NCBI GenBank assembly: GCA_963761335.1
Contig: CAVXGR010000012.1
Coordinates: 544,001-608,000, forward strand
Direction: 5' to 3'
DNA length: 64,000 bases
Source of the DNA: an uncultured delta proteobacterium
GTDB lineage: Bacteria > Desulfobacterota > Binatia > HRBIN30 > BPIQ01
The notes below the pieces were generated by a model. The model was given only the letters and a program-made list of their open reading frames with translations. It did no database searches and had not been told where the DNA came from. The translations under genes and the position numbers were made by a program. Positions 48,930 through 60,881 of the stretch are shown here, piece after piece; the first letter of the stretch is position 1, and each line of letters opens with the position of its first letter.

Positions 48930-51176
48930 TCACGCGCGAATGGCGTGCAAGGCGTTCTCGCGACGCCGCAGCGGCAGCTCGATGATGAAGCGGCTGCCGC
49001 GCGGGGCGTTGTCGCGCACGCGGAGGTAGGCCTGGTGATCCGCAGCAATTGCGGAGACGATCGCCAGCCCCAGTCCGGTGCCATCCTTCTTCGTCGAAAC
49101 ATACGGCTCGAACAGCCGTCCCCTCACCTCCGGCGGAATGCCACAGCCGTTGTCGGCCACCTCGAGCTGTACCGTGCCGATGCGCTCCCGGTACGAGGTC
49201 GAGATCTCGATGCGCGGCCCGCCGTCCTCCCCGGCACCCTGGCACGCCGCCACGGCATTGTCGAGAAGGTTGATCACCGCCCGCTTGATCGCCTCCCGGT
49301 CGATCTCCACCAGGGGCAGATCCGGCTCCGGAGTGAAGATGAAGCCGATGTCGCGGTGCCCCTCGCGGAAGAGGACCAGCGCCTCGTCGATGACCGCGTT
49401 GAGATCGTGGGGCGCCATGTCCGCGGGCGGCAGCCGGGCGAAGCTGGCGAACTCGTTGACCAGGCGCTTGAGCCCCTCCACCTGGCGGATGATGGTGCGG
49501 GTGCACTCGTCGAGCACCGAGCCGTCGCTGCCGTTGAGGATGCTCGCATAGCGTCTGCGCAGGCGTTGCGCCGACAGCTGAATCGGGGTGAGAGGATTCT
49601 TGATCTCGTGGGCGATCCGCCGCGCCACCTCGCGCCAGGCCTCCATGCGCTCGACGCGCAGCATGTGACTGACGTCGTCGAAGAAGACCATGACACCGAG
49701 GCGTGCCCCGGCCTCGTCGCGCAGCACGGCGACGGTCACCAGAGCCGTGATGATGCGCTGACCGCCGCTGAGCTTCACCTGGCGTTCCACTTCGTCCTGC
49801 TCGCCGCGCGCCACCACGCCGATCATCTCGCCGACATCGCGCAGATCGTTGCGCGCCAAGAGGCTCTTCCAGTCGGCGCCGCGCGCGGCGCTTCCCTCGA
49901 CGCCCAGCATCTTCTCGGCGGCGCGGTTGATGGTGCTGATCTCTCCCCCCTGGCCGATGGAGACGACGCCGGCGGTGACGTTGGCGAGCACCGCCTCGAT
50001 ATAGCGGCGCCCATCCTCGAGCTCGCCGTGAATCTGCTTCAGCTCGGCGGTCATCTGATTGAACGAGATCACCACCGTGGCCAGCTCCTCGTCGGCCCCC
50101 GCCTCGATACGATGGTCCCAGTTGCCCTGGGCGACCTCGCGGGTGCCCTCGGAGAGCCGTTGCAGAGGCACGGTGATGCCCTTGGCGACGCGAAAGCCAA
50201 ACCAGGTGGCGGCAAAGATCACCACCAGGGTGATCAGCGTCAAGGTGAGGATGTAGCTGTTCTTCATCGGCTGCCGCAGCACGCCGAAGTGACGGAACTC
50301 CTGGTACGACTGGGCGATGTCGCGCGCCCGGCTGCTGACGCTCCGGCCGATGACATAGTCGACCAGAACGCTGCCCAGCAGCGCCCCGTCGGCGCCGCGC
50401 ACCGGCACCGCGGCGCGCACGATGTCGCTGCCCCCCGCCGGGTGGGTGACCACCATCTTCTCGCCCCGGTGCAGCTCGGCGAGCTCGTCGGCGGCGGGCG
50501 TGATGCGCAGGGCGCTCGTCTGCGGGTCCTCGGCGACGGCGACGATCTTGCCGTCGGGGGAGACGGCCTCGACGCGCGCCAGGTTGTAGGCGAGACAGGC
50601 GTTCTCGAGGCGGCGCTGCAGGGCCATGTGGTGCGGCTCGTTCCACAGCTGCGGCTCGGCGATGCCGTCGCCGATCTGCTCGCCGAAGTGAAGGGCGCTG
50701 TTGCCCGCCTGCTGATAGATGACCTGGGCGATGTCGAGGGCGCTGTTGAGGGCACTCTCGACGCGCACACTGAACCAGCTGTCGAAGGCGCGCGCCAGGA
50801 ACCCCTGCGAGACCATGAAAAGCAGGGTGGTGGGAATGAGAGTCAGGCCCACGAAGGCCACCACCAGCCGCGTGCGCAGGCGCGAGCCGAGGATTCCCCG
50901 CCGCCGCTCCAGCGCCAACTTGGCGAAGTTGCGGATGACCAGGAAGACGATGAGGACGAGGAGGATGAGATTGAGGTTGATGAGCAGGAAGAAGACGAGA
51001 TTGCCCGGCATCGAGCCGCTGTCGCCGAAACGCGGCATCCACGTCTCGACCACGGCAAAGAAGCCGAAGACGACGGCGGCCAGGAAGATCAGGAAGATCT
51101 CCCAGCGACGGCGGCGGCGCTCATCGGCCGGGATGCCGGGGGCCTCGCCGCTCAAGGTGAGTAGCCACCGCCACAT
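48930..51176 (-). CDS. ntrY: NtrY-like membrane sensor histidine kinase (TM, periplasmic, HAMP, PAS, HisKA, HATPase)
   Basis: AWREVARRIAHEIKNPLTPIQLSAQRL, DNGCG, FEPYVSTK..GTGLGL; NtrY-type N-terminus GSRLRTRLV...WF. Confidence 0.9.
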   Translation of the reverse strand: MWRWLLTLSGEAPGIPADERRRRRWEIFLIFLAAVVFGFFAVVETWMPRFGDSGSMPGNLVFFLLINLNLILLVLIVFLVIRNFAKLALERRRGILGSRLRTRLVVAFVGLTLIPTTLLFMVSQGFLARAFDSWFSVRVESALNSALDIAQVIYQQAGNSALHFGEQIGDGIAEPQLWNEPHHMALQRRLENACLAYNLARVEAVSPDGKIVAVAEDPQTSALRITPAADELAELHRGEKMVVTHPAGGSDIVRAAVPVRGADGALLGSVLVDYVIGRSVSSRARDIAQSYQEFRHFGVLRQPMKNSYILTLTLITLVVIFAATWFGFRVAKGITVPLQRLSEGTREVAQGNWDHRIEAGADEELATVVISFNQMTAELKQIHGELEDGRRYIEAVLANVTAGVVSIGQGGEISTINRAAEKMLGVEGSAARGADWKSLLARNDLRDVGEMIGVVARGEQDEVERQVKLSGGQRIITALVTVAVLRDEAGARLGVMVFFDDVSHMLRVERMEAWREVARRIAHEIKNPLTPIQLSAQRLRRRYASILNGSDGSVLDECTRTIIRQVEGLKRLVNEFASFARLPPADMAPHDLNAVIDEALVLFREGHRDIGFIFTPEPDLPLVEIDREAIKRAVINLLDNAVAACQGAGEDGGPRIEISTSYRERIGTVQLEVADNGCGIPPEVRGRLFEPYVSTKKDGTGLGLAIVSAIAADHQAYLRVRDNAPRGSRFIIELPLRRRENALHAIRA

Positions 51177-51201
51177 GAGTGCCCTATTCTACGGAAGCCG
51201 G

Positions 51202-51276
51202 TGGGGACAGGCAACTTTTCCCTCTCATGTCGCGTCGCGCCTGCTGACCTCGCGCCGGAAAAGTAGCCTGTCCCCA
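51202..51276. repeat. Short inverted-repeat element with TGGGGAC ends
   Basis: tggggacaggcaacttttcc / ggaaaagtagcctgtcccca, 19/20 match. Confidence 0.8.
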
Positions 51277-51283
51277 GCCGCGG

Positions 51284-52045
51284 TCAGGCCTGCGGGCGGC
51301 TGGGGAAGAGGCGTACCCGGCGCGCCGACGGCGGCGCCCCGCGCTCCATGGCCGCCACCATCTCGCGGGCGGCCTGGGCGGGGTCGCGCGCCTCGAGGAT
51401 GGAACGGCCGACCACCAGGTAATCGGCGCCGGCACGCACCGCCTCCTCGGGGGTCATGACGCGCTTCTGATCGTCGTGCTCCTCGGAGGATGGCCGCACT
51501 CCCGGGGTGACGATGACGAAGGGACGGCCGCACTCGCGGCGGATCTGGCGGACCTCCTTCGGCGAGGCGACGACGCCGTCCATCTCGGCCTCCTTGGCGA
51601 GCCGCGCCAGACGGACCACCTGGCTCTCCACCTTGCCCGATATGCCGACGCGTTTCAGGTCGGCGCGATTGAGGCTGGTCAGCACCGTCACCGCGAGGAT
51701 CTTCGGCCGGCGCAGGCCCTCGTTGCGGCAGACCTTGCGCACCTCGCTGACGGTGCGCTCCATCATCTCGAGGCTGCCGGAGGCGTGCACGTCGAACATG
51801 CGCACCCCGAGGCGGGCCGCCTCGACACCGGCCTTGGCGACGGTGCGCGGGATGTCGTGGAACTTGAGGTCGAGAAACACCTCGCCGCCGCGCTCGCGGA
51901 TGGTGCGCACGATGGCCGGTCCGCTGCGCAGGAAGAGCTGCTTGCCGACCTTGAACATGCCCACCTCGTTCATCAGCCGGGAGACGAAGCTCAGCGCCTC
52001 GCGCGGCGAGTCGACGTCGAGGGCGAAGATCAGGCGTGACCGCAT
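51284..52045 (-). CDS. pyrF: Orotidine-5'-phosphate decarboxylase
   Basis: FLDLKFHDIP.TV, VTVLTS, TPGVRP, DDQKR. Confidence 0.96.
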   Translation of the reverse strand: MRSRLIFALDVDSPREALSFVSRLMNEVGMFKVGKQLFLRSGPAIVRTIRERGGEVFLDLKFHDIPRTVAKAGVEAARLGVRMFDVHASGSLEMMERTVSEVRKVCRNEGLRRPKILAVTVLTSLNRADLKRVGISGKVESQVVRLARLAKEAEMDGVVASPKEVRQIRRECGRPFVIVTPGVRPSSEEHDDQKRVMTPEEAVRAGADYLVVGRSILEARDPAQAAREMVAAMERGAPPSARRVRLFPSRPQA

Positions 52046-52071
52046 GCCGCCGCGCCCGCTGAAAGGCCAGC

Positions 52072-53799
52072 TCAAGGGCGCTCCGTCGCCGCGGCGCGCA
52101 CCAGGGACACCGTCTGCTCGACGGCGTCGGCGAGCGCGATCTCGGTCGCCTTGGCCTGGCGCCGCGGCTTCCACTCGATGTTGCCGCGCTCCAGGGCCTT
52201 GGGCCCGACCGTCAGCCGCAGCGGTAGGCCGAGCAGATCGGCGTCCTTGAACTTGACCCCGGGGCGCTCCTCGCGATCGTCGAGGAGGACCTCGACCCCG
52301 GCGGCCTGGAGGTCCGCATAGAGCTTCTCCGCCACCGTCCGCTGCCGCTCGTCGGTCCAGCTCACCGGCAGCAGGTGCACGTGCGCGGGCGCCAGCGACA
52401 TCGGCCAGATGATGCCGCTGTCGTCGTGGTGCTGCTCGATGGCGGCGGCGGCGGTACGGGTGATGCCGATGCCGTAGCTGCCCATGATCATCGGCCGGGC
52501 CTCTCCGCTGGCGTCGAGGAAGGTGGCTCCCATGGGGACGCTGTACTTGGTGCCGAGATAGAAGATGTTTCCCACCTCGATCCCGCGGTGCTCCTCGAGC
52601 ACGCCGTCCTCGCACCGCGGGCACAGGTCGCCGGCGCGCGCCACGCGAAGATCGGCGAAATGCAGATCGGACAGATCGCGCTCCTGGTCGATGCCCACCA
52701 GATGATGATCCGCCTGGTTGGCGCCGCTGACGCCGCCGCGCAGGCCGCGCAGTCCGGCGTCGGCGAGCACCTGCACGTCGAGGCCGATGGGGCCGGCAAA
52801 GCCGACCGGGGCGCCGCTGGCGCGCTCGATGGCCGCCTCGTCGGCAAGCGCCACCCACTGCACCCCGAGAGCGTTCTTCAGCTTGATCTCGCTGAGCTGG
52901 TGATCGCCGCGCACCAGGGCGGCCACCGTGTCGCCGGCGTCGGTGACGTAGATGAGGGTCTTGATGAAGCGCTCGGGAGGCAGGCCGAGAAAGGACGACA
53001 CCTCCTCGATGGTGCGCTGCCCGGGCGTGTGCACCTTCTCGCGCCCGGCGGCGCTGCCGGGCGGCGCCGGCGCCGGCGCCGTGCGCGCCTCCGCCTTCTC
53101 GACGTTGGCGGCGTAGCTACAGCGGCTGCAGCTGACGATGGCGTCTTCACCGGAGGCCGCCAGCACCTGGAACTCGTGGGCGCGTGTGCCACCGATGGCG
53201 CCGGTGTCCGACTCCACCTGACGCGAGTCGAGGCCGCAGCGGCGGAAGATGCGCGCGTAGGTCTGCGCCATGTTCTGGTACTCGCGCTCGCAGTCCTCGG
53301 CGTCGACGTGGAAGGAGTAGGCGTCCTTCATGATGAACTCGCGACCGCGCATCAGGCCGAAGCGCGGCCGCACCTCGTCGCGGAACTTCACCTGGATCTG
53401 GTAGAGGTTGAGCGGCAGCTCGCGATAGGAGCGGATCTCGCGACGCACGATGTCGGTGACCACCTCCTCGTGCGTCGGCCCGAAGCAGAAGTCGCGATCG
53501 TGGCGGTCGCGGATGCGCAGGAGCTCTTTGCCGTACTTGTCCCAGCGGCCGCTCTCCTGCCAGAGCTCGGCCGGACAGACGGCCGGCATGAGGATCTCCT
53601 GCGAGCCGGCGCGGTCCATCTCCTCGCGGACGATGGACTCCACCTTGCGCACCACGCGCAGGCCCAGCGGCAGAAAATCGTAGATGCCGCGCGCCACTTG
53701 GCGGATCATGCCGGCGCGCAGCATGAGCTTGTGACTGACCACCTCGGCGTCCGAGGGATCCTCCTTCAGCGTCGGGATCAGTGTCTGGCGATAACGCAC
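52072..53799 (-). CDS. proS: Proline-tRNA ligase (with editing domain)
   Basis: GPTHEE, KFRDEVRPRFGLMRGREF.MKDAYSF, GSYGIG. Confidence 0.97.
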   Translation of the reverse strand: MRYRQTLIPTLKEDPSDAEVVSHKLMLRAGMIRQVARGIYDFLPLGLRVVRKVESIVREEMDRAGSQEILMPAVCPAELWQESGRWDKYGKELLRIRDRHDRDFCFGPTHEEVVTDIVRREIRSYRELPLNLYQIQVKFRDEVRPRFGLMRGREFIMKDAYSFHVDAEDCEREYQNMAQTYARIFRRCGLDSRQVESDTGAIGGTRAHEFQVLAASGEDAIVSCSRCSYAANVEKAEARTAPAPAPPGSAAGREKVHTPGQRTIEEVSSFLGLPPERFIKTLIYVTDAGDTVAALVRGDHQLSEIKLKNALGVQWVALADEAAIERASGAPVGFAGPIGLDVQVLADAGLRGLRGGVSGANQADHHLVGIDQERDLSDLHFADLRVARAGDLCPRCEDGVLEEHRGIEVGNIFYLGTKYSVPMGATFLDASGEARPMIMGSYGIGITRTAAAAIEQHHDDSGIIWPMSLAPAHVHLLPVSWTDERQRTVAEKLYADLQAAGVEVLLDDREERPGVKFKDADLLGLPLRLTVGPKALERGNIEWKPRRQAKATEIALADAVEQTVSLVRAAATERP

Positions 53800-53913
53800 G
53801 GCGGGGGAATCTCAGGGGCGGACCTTAGTGATTCGACTGGCCTGAATCAAGCTGGGACCGCCGCCAAGCTTGCGGCCAGCTTGGTTGCAGCCCTGCGCCG
53901 GCCCGCGGGCAAA

Positions 53914-53963
53914 GTAGAAGCGGCGTCTCGCCGCTTCCGAAAGCGCCGAGACGGCGCTTCTAC
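53914..53963. repeat. GTAG-type REP doublet
   Basis: gtagaagcggcgtctcgccgcttc..aagcgccgagacggcgcttctac, same family as 35197 and 24876. Confidence 0.8.
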
Positions 53964-54009
53964 GCCGCGCTCCCCCGGCGGAGGAGGCGCCGGCCCGGTG
54001 GCGCTCCCG

Positions 54010-54642
54010 TCAGGCGAGCGTCGCCACGTCGCGACCGGTGTGGCCGCTGTCGACGAAGCGCGGCGGATGGTAGCCGCTGCGGTCGTGCTCGACCACCACG
54101 ATGCCGGCGTTGCCGCTGGCCTGGGCACCGTCCCACGAATCGATGGCGTGGGCCCACAGCGCCAGCATGACGCCGCCGTGGCTGACCACGACGACGTCCC
54201 GCGCCGGGTGCGCCGCGGCGATGCGGCCGATCTCCGGGGCGACGCGATCGCGCACGTCCTCGAGCGACTCACCGCCGCGCGGGCGCCATTCCCAGCGGCG
54301 CGCCGGGTCGAAGCGCGGGTCCTTGCCGACGATCTCGTACGGCTGGCCGGCGAGCTCGCCGAGGTTCTGCTCGTGCAGCGGCTCGGCGATCTCGAGCGGC
54401 AGTGACAGCGCCGCGGCGATGATCTCCGCCGTCTCCCGAGCCCGCGCGTAGGGGCTACTGACGACGCCCACGGCGCGAAACTCGGCGGCGATGACGTGCG
54501 CCGCCCGGCGTGCCTGCTCGCGGCCGCGGGCGGTCAGGGGAACGACCGGGGAGTGGGTGAAGACGCGGTCGCGGTTACCCTCGCTCTCCCCGTGGCGCAC
54601 CAGGATCAAGCGGCCCCGCCGCGCCTCGTCGGTATCGGACAT
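54010..54642 (-). CDS. Histidine phosphatase (phosphoglycerate mutase-like) family protein
   Basis: RHGES, SSPY.RA.ET, GGES, SHGG. Confidence 0.9.
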   Translation of the reverse strand: MSDTDEARRGRLILVRHGESEGNRDRVFTHSPVVPLTARGREQARRAAHVIAAEFRAVGVVSSPYARARETAEIIAAALSLPLEIAEPLHEQNLGELAGQPYEIVGKDPRFDPARRWEWRPRGGESLEDVRDRVAPEIGRIAAAHPARDVVVVSHGGVMLALWAHAIDSWDGAQASGNAGIVVVEHDRSGYHPPRFVDSGHTGRDVATLA

Positions 54643-54905
54643 CCTGCTTTTAATCGCGTCATTTCCCGCCTCGCGCAAGGGGGAGAACGGTCCTTTTCGT
54701 GCTCGTGCTCGCAATCGTGATCGGGCTCGCGGAATCATCCGCCGCGTCGCGGCACGGCCCCCCAGCCTTCCCGACGCGGCGGGACGCCGCATCTACTCGT
54801 GCTTCGAGCGCGAGCGGGATCCCCACCCCGAGGCCCGCGCTTTTTCTTTGGGCGCGCATTTGGTATAGGAACGGTCCGTGGCTCGCTTCCGGGCCGCGGT
54901 TTTTT

Positions 54906-57303
<2,398 letters not shown>

Positions 57304-57342
57304 CGGCGCCTGCGGCGCCGCAGGCCGGCTCGTCCGTTGGCC

Positions 57343-58176
57343 ATGACCCGCAACACCCGCATCGTCTCCATTGCCGGCGTCGCCGTCGGCGGCGGCAATC
57401 CGCTCGCCTTCATCGGCGGGCCGTGCATCATCGAGAGCCGCGACAGCGCCCTGCGCCACGCCGAGGCCATGCGCCGCATCACCGCCAGCGCCGGCGTGCC
57501 GTTCATCTTCAAGTCGTCCTTCGACAAGGCGAACCGCACCTCGCGCAGCTCGTACCGCGGTCCCGGCATCGACGCCGGGCTGGCGATCCTCGCCGAGGTG
57601 CGCCGCGAGATCGGCGTGCCGGTGCTGACCGACGTCCACGAGGTGGCCCAGGTGGGCCCGGCGGCGGCGGTCGTCGACGTGCTGCAGACGCCCGCCTTCC
57701 TCTGCCGGCAGACGGACCTGCTCGAGGCGTGCGCCGCCAGCGGCAAGCCGGTGAACGTCAAGAAGGGACAGTTCCTGGCGCCCTGGGACATGGGGCCGGT
57801 GGTGGAGAAGATGGCCGCCGGGGGCAATCGCGCCCTGCTGGTGACCGAGCGCGGCGTCTCCTTCGGCTACAACAACCTGGTCACCGATCTGCGCGCCCTG
57901 CCGATTCTCGCCGAGATCGGCTATCCGGTGGTCTACGACGCCGGTCACAGCGTGCAGCTCCCCGGGGGGCAGGGATCGCGCTCCGGGGGACAGCGGCAGT
58001 TCATCCGGCCGCTGGCGCGCGCCGCCGTCGCCACCGGCGTCGACGCCGTTTTCCTCGAGGTGCACGAAGATCCGGACCGCGCTCTCAGCGACGGACCAAA
58101 CTCCTATCCGCTCGGCGAGCTGGCGCCGCTCCTCGGCGAGCTGAAGAGAGTCGATGAGCTCCTCCGCCAGCTCTGA
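57343..58176 (+). CDS. kdsA: KDO-8-phosphate synthase
   Basis: GPCIIES, KSSFDKANRTS, AFLCRQTDL, KKGQF, SDG. Confidence 0.97.
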   Translation: MTRNTRIVSIAGVAVGGGNPLAFIGGPCIIESRDSALRHAEAMRRITASAGVPFIFKSSFDKANRTSRSSYRGPGIDAGLAILAEVRREIGVPVLTDVHEVAQVGPAAAVVDVLQTPAFLCRQTDLLEACAASGKPVNVKKGQFLAPWDMGPVVEKMAAGGNRALLVTERGVSFGYNNLVTDLRALPILAEIGYPVVYDAGHSVQLPGGQGSRSGGQRQFIRPLARAAVATGVDAVFLEVHEDPDRALSDGPNSYPLGELAPLLGELKRVDELLRQL

Positions 58177-59218
58177 AGGCCGCCGCCGGCCGCGCCGCGC
58201 CCGGCAGCGGCCCGCCAAGCCGCGGCGGCCGGCGATGGCGCCGCCCGCCGGGAACGTCGAGGGCGATCTGGCGCGTGCCCGCCGCGTCCTGCGCATCGAA
58301 GCGGGCGCCATCCGCGAGCTGGCGCGGCGCCTCGACGACCGCTTCAGCCGCGCGGTCGACCTGCTGGTGCAGTGCCGCGGCAAGGTCGTGGTCACCGGCA
58401 TGGGAAAGTCCGGACAGATCTGCCGCAAGCTGGCCTCGACCTTTGCCAGCACCGGCACACCGGCCTTCTTCCTACACGCCGGCGAGGGCATGCACGGCGA
58501 CGCCGGCATGATCATGAAGGAGGACGTGGTGCTCGCCGTCTCCAACAGCGGCGAGACCGAGGTCGTACAGCTGCTGCCGCTGATCAAGCGCCTCGAGCTG
58601 CAGCTGATCGCGCTCACCGGGGTTCCCGCCTCCACCCTGGGGCGCGCCGCCGACGTCGTGCTCGACACCCGCGTCGCCGAGGAGGCCTGCCCTCTCGGTT
58701 TGGCGCCGACGGCGAGCACCACGGCGACGCTCGCCCTCGGCGACGCCTTGGCCGTGGCCGCCCTGGAGCGCCGCAACTTCAATGCCGACGACTTCGCGGT
58801 CCTGCACCGCGGCGGCAGCCTTGGCCGCCGCCTGCTCAAGGTCGACGAGGTCATCCACACCGGCGCCCAGCTGCCGCTGGTGGCGGCGGAGGCGCCGATC
58901 GAGGCGGTGCTGGCGGAGATGACGGAGAAGCGGCTGGGCATCACCGGGGTCACCGACGGCGACGGCGCTCTGGTGGGCGTGATCACCGACGGCGATCTGC
59001 GCCGCGGCCTGCAGAGCTCCGCGGACCTGCGCGGCCACTCGGCGCGGACGCTGATGACGACGCGCCCGAAGACCATCGAGGCCGGGGCCCTGGCCGAGCG
59101 GGCTCTGGCCACCATGGAGCGCCACAGCATCACCTCGCTCTTCGTCCTCGAGAGCAACGGGCAACGGCCGCTCGGCATCGTCCATCTTCACGACCTGCTG
59201 AAAGCCGGCGTCGTCTAG
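58154..59218 (+). CDS. kdsD: Arabinose-5-phosphate isomerase (KpsF/GutQ, SIS plus CBS)
   Basis: GMGKSG, STGTP, HGD, EACP..LAPT.ST, TDGDLRR. Confidence 0.93.
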   Translation: MSSSASSEGRRRPRRARQRPAKPRRPAMAPPAGNVEGDLARARRVLRIEAGAIRELARRLDDRFSRAVDLLVQCRGKVVVTGMGKSGQICRKLASTFASTGTPAFFLHAGEGMHGDAGMIMKEDVVLAVSNSGETEVVQLLPLIKRLELQLIALTGVPASTLGRAADVVLDTRVAEEACPLGLAPTASTTATLALGDALAVAALERRNFNADDFAVLHRGGSLGRRLLKVDEVIHTGAQLPLVAAEAPIEAVLAEMTEKRLGITGVTDGDGALVGVITDGDLRRGLQSSADLRGHSARTLMTTRPKTIEAGALAERALATMERHSITSLFVLESNGQRPLGIVHLHDLLKAGVV

Positions 59219-59228
59219 TCGGGGGCCG

Positions 59229-60245
59229 ATGTCGCTTCGCAGCTTCTACAAGAGCTCGCCGCGGCTGCGCCGCCTGTGGCGCTCGAGCAAGAATCAGCTC
59301 ACCTACTGGCCGGCGCGCGGCGCCATGGCGCTGGTCGCGGCGCTGCCTCTGTCCGCGGCGCTGCGCCTCGGCGAGGGCGTCGGGGCACTGATCTACTCGC
59401 TGCTGCCGTCGCTGCGCCGCCTCTCCGACGAGCACCTGCGGCTCGCCTTCGGCGACTCGCTGAGCCCAGCCGAGCGCCGGCGCATCGCCCGCGCCGCGGT
59501 GATGAACGCCGCCCGCTCCTTCTGTGAGATCGCCAAGTTCGATGCCATCGCGCCCCGCATCGACGACTACGTCGAGCTCGACGACCGCGCCGGCATCGAC
59601 GAGGTGCTCGGACGCGGCCAGGGCGGCATCGCGGTCACCGGACACATCGGCAACTGGGAGATCCTGGCCGCCTATTTCGGCATGAAGGGATTCAAGGTGT
59701 GCGCCATCGCCCGCCGCATGTACGAGGAGCGCCTGAACGCGATCCTGGTCGACTTTCGCGCCCGCCACGGCGTCGAGACCGTCCTGCGGGAGGACGCCTC
59801 CTCGCCGCGGCAGATCCTCGCGGCGCTCAAGAACCGCTACCTGCTGGCGATGCTGGTCGACCAGGACACCCACGCGCCGTCGGTGAGCGTCCCCTTCTTC
59901 GGCCGCCCGGCGCGAACGCCGGCGGCGCCGGCGACCCTGGCGCTGCGCCGGGGAACGCCGCTGGCTCCGGTATTCATCGAGCGGCGCGCCGGCGGGGGAT
60001 ACCGCATCACCGTGCACCCGATCCTCGAGATCCCCCGCAGCGGCGACCGCCTCGAGGACGTGCGCCGCCTCGCCACCGCCTACAACCAGGCCATCGAGCA
60101 GCACATTCGGCGCCGTCCCGAGGAGTGGGTCTGGTGGCACGAACGCTGGCGCCGCCCGCCCATTCCGCACCTTGATCTGGATGCCAAACTTCAATATTCA
60201 GCGAGCTTGGAGTCGCGCGAAAACGCCCTTGCCGCAGGGGAGTGA
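59229..60245 (+). CDS. Lipid A late acyltransferase (LpxL/HtrB family)
   Basis: HIGNWE, DQ, FFG, PEEWVWWHERW. Confidence 0.88.
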   Translation: MSLRSFYKSSPRLRRLWRSSKNQLTYWPARGAMALVAALPLSAALRLGEGVGALIYSLLPSLRRLSDEHLRLAFGDSLSPAERRRIARAAVMNAARSFCEIAKFDAIAPRIDDYVELDDRAGIDEVLGRGQGGIAVTGHIGNWEILAAYFGMKGFKVCAIARRMYEERLNAILVDFRARHGVETVLREDASSPRQILAALKNRYLLAMLVDQDTHAPSVSVPFFGRPARTPAAPATLALRRGTPLAPVFIERRAGGGYRITVHPILEIPRSGDRLEDVRRLATAYNQAIEQHIRRRPEEWVWWHERWRRPPIPHLDLDAKLQYSASLESRENALAAGE

Positions 60246-60302
60246 GAGAGGGAGGCGTTTCCGCGAACACCGGTGCCATCAGGCACCAAGGGAGCAATTG
60301 TC

Positions 60303-60881
60303 ATGGCGGCCGATCCGAGAATGATCCTGCTGATGAGCTATTATCGCGATGCGGAGATCCGCGGCGCCTCGCTCCTGCTGCGCCTGATCTCCCATCTCCC
60401 CGACGGCGAGTCGCAGACCAAGCTCTCGCTCCACCTCGCCGACGAGACCCGGCACGCGTGGCTGTGGACCAAGAGGATCAACGATCTCGGCGCCTCGCCG
60501 CTTCGCGTCGAGGACGGCTATCAGTCGCGCATCGGCCTGAAGACCATCCCGCGCTCCGTGGTCGACATCCTCGCCCTCACCGTGGTCGTCGAGCAGCGCT
60601 CGCTCGATCGCTACATCGAGCACGCCGCCCGGCCGAACATCGACCCCGAGACCCTGGCGGTGCTGCGCGAGGTCTCGCAGGACGAGAAGTGGCACATCGC
60701 CTGGATCAAGAACAAGATGTACGAGATCGCCGCCGCCGAGAGCGGCCCGGAAGCCGGTGCCCAGCGCGCCGACGCCGCCATCGCCAAGTACGCGGAGATC
60801 GATCGCCAGGTGTACGCCTCCCTGCTGGAGAAGGAGCGCCAGACCTTCGGCGGGCATCTGGCTCACGAGACGCCGTCCTGA
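60303..60881 (+). CDS. Ferritin-like di-iron domain protein
   Basis: AAGGGAG RBS; E..G, DETRH, VE, DEKWH ligand pattern. Confidence 0.8.
   Translation: MAADPRMILLMSYYRDAEIRGASLLLRLISHLPDGESQTKLSLHLADETRHAWLWTKRINDLGASPLRVEDGYQSRIGLKTIPRSVVDILALTVVVEQRSLDRYIEHAARPNIDPETLAVLREVSQDEKWHIAWIKNKMYEIAAAESGPEAGAQRADAAIAKYAEIDRQVYASLLEKERQTFGGHLAHETPS

Noticed and set aside
52046..52858. N-terminal extension of pyrF (524 aa in the track)
   Set aside because: Alternative-frame overlap with proS; PyrF homology begins at ATG 52045
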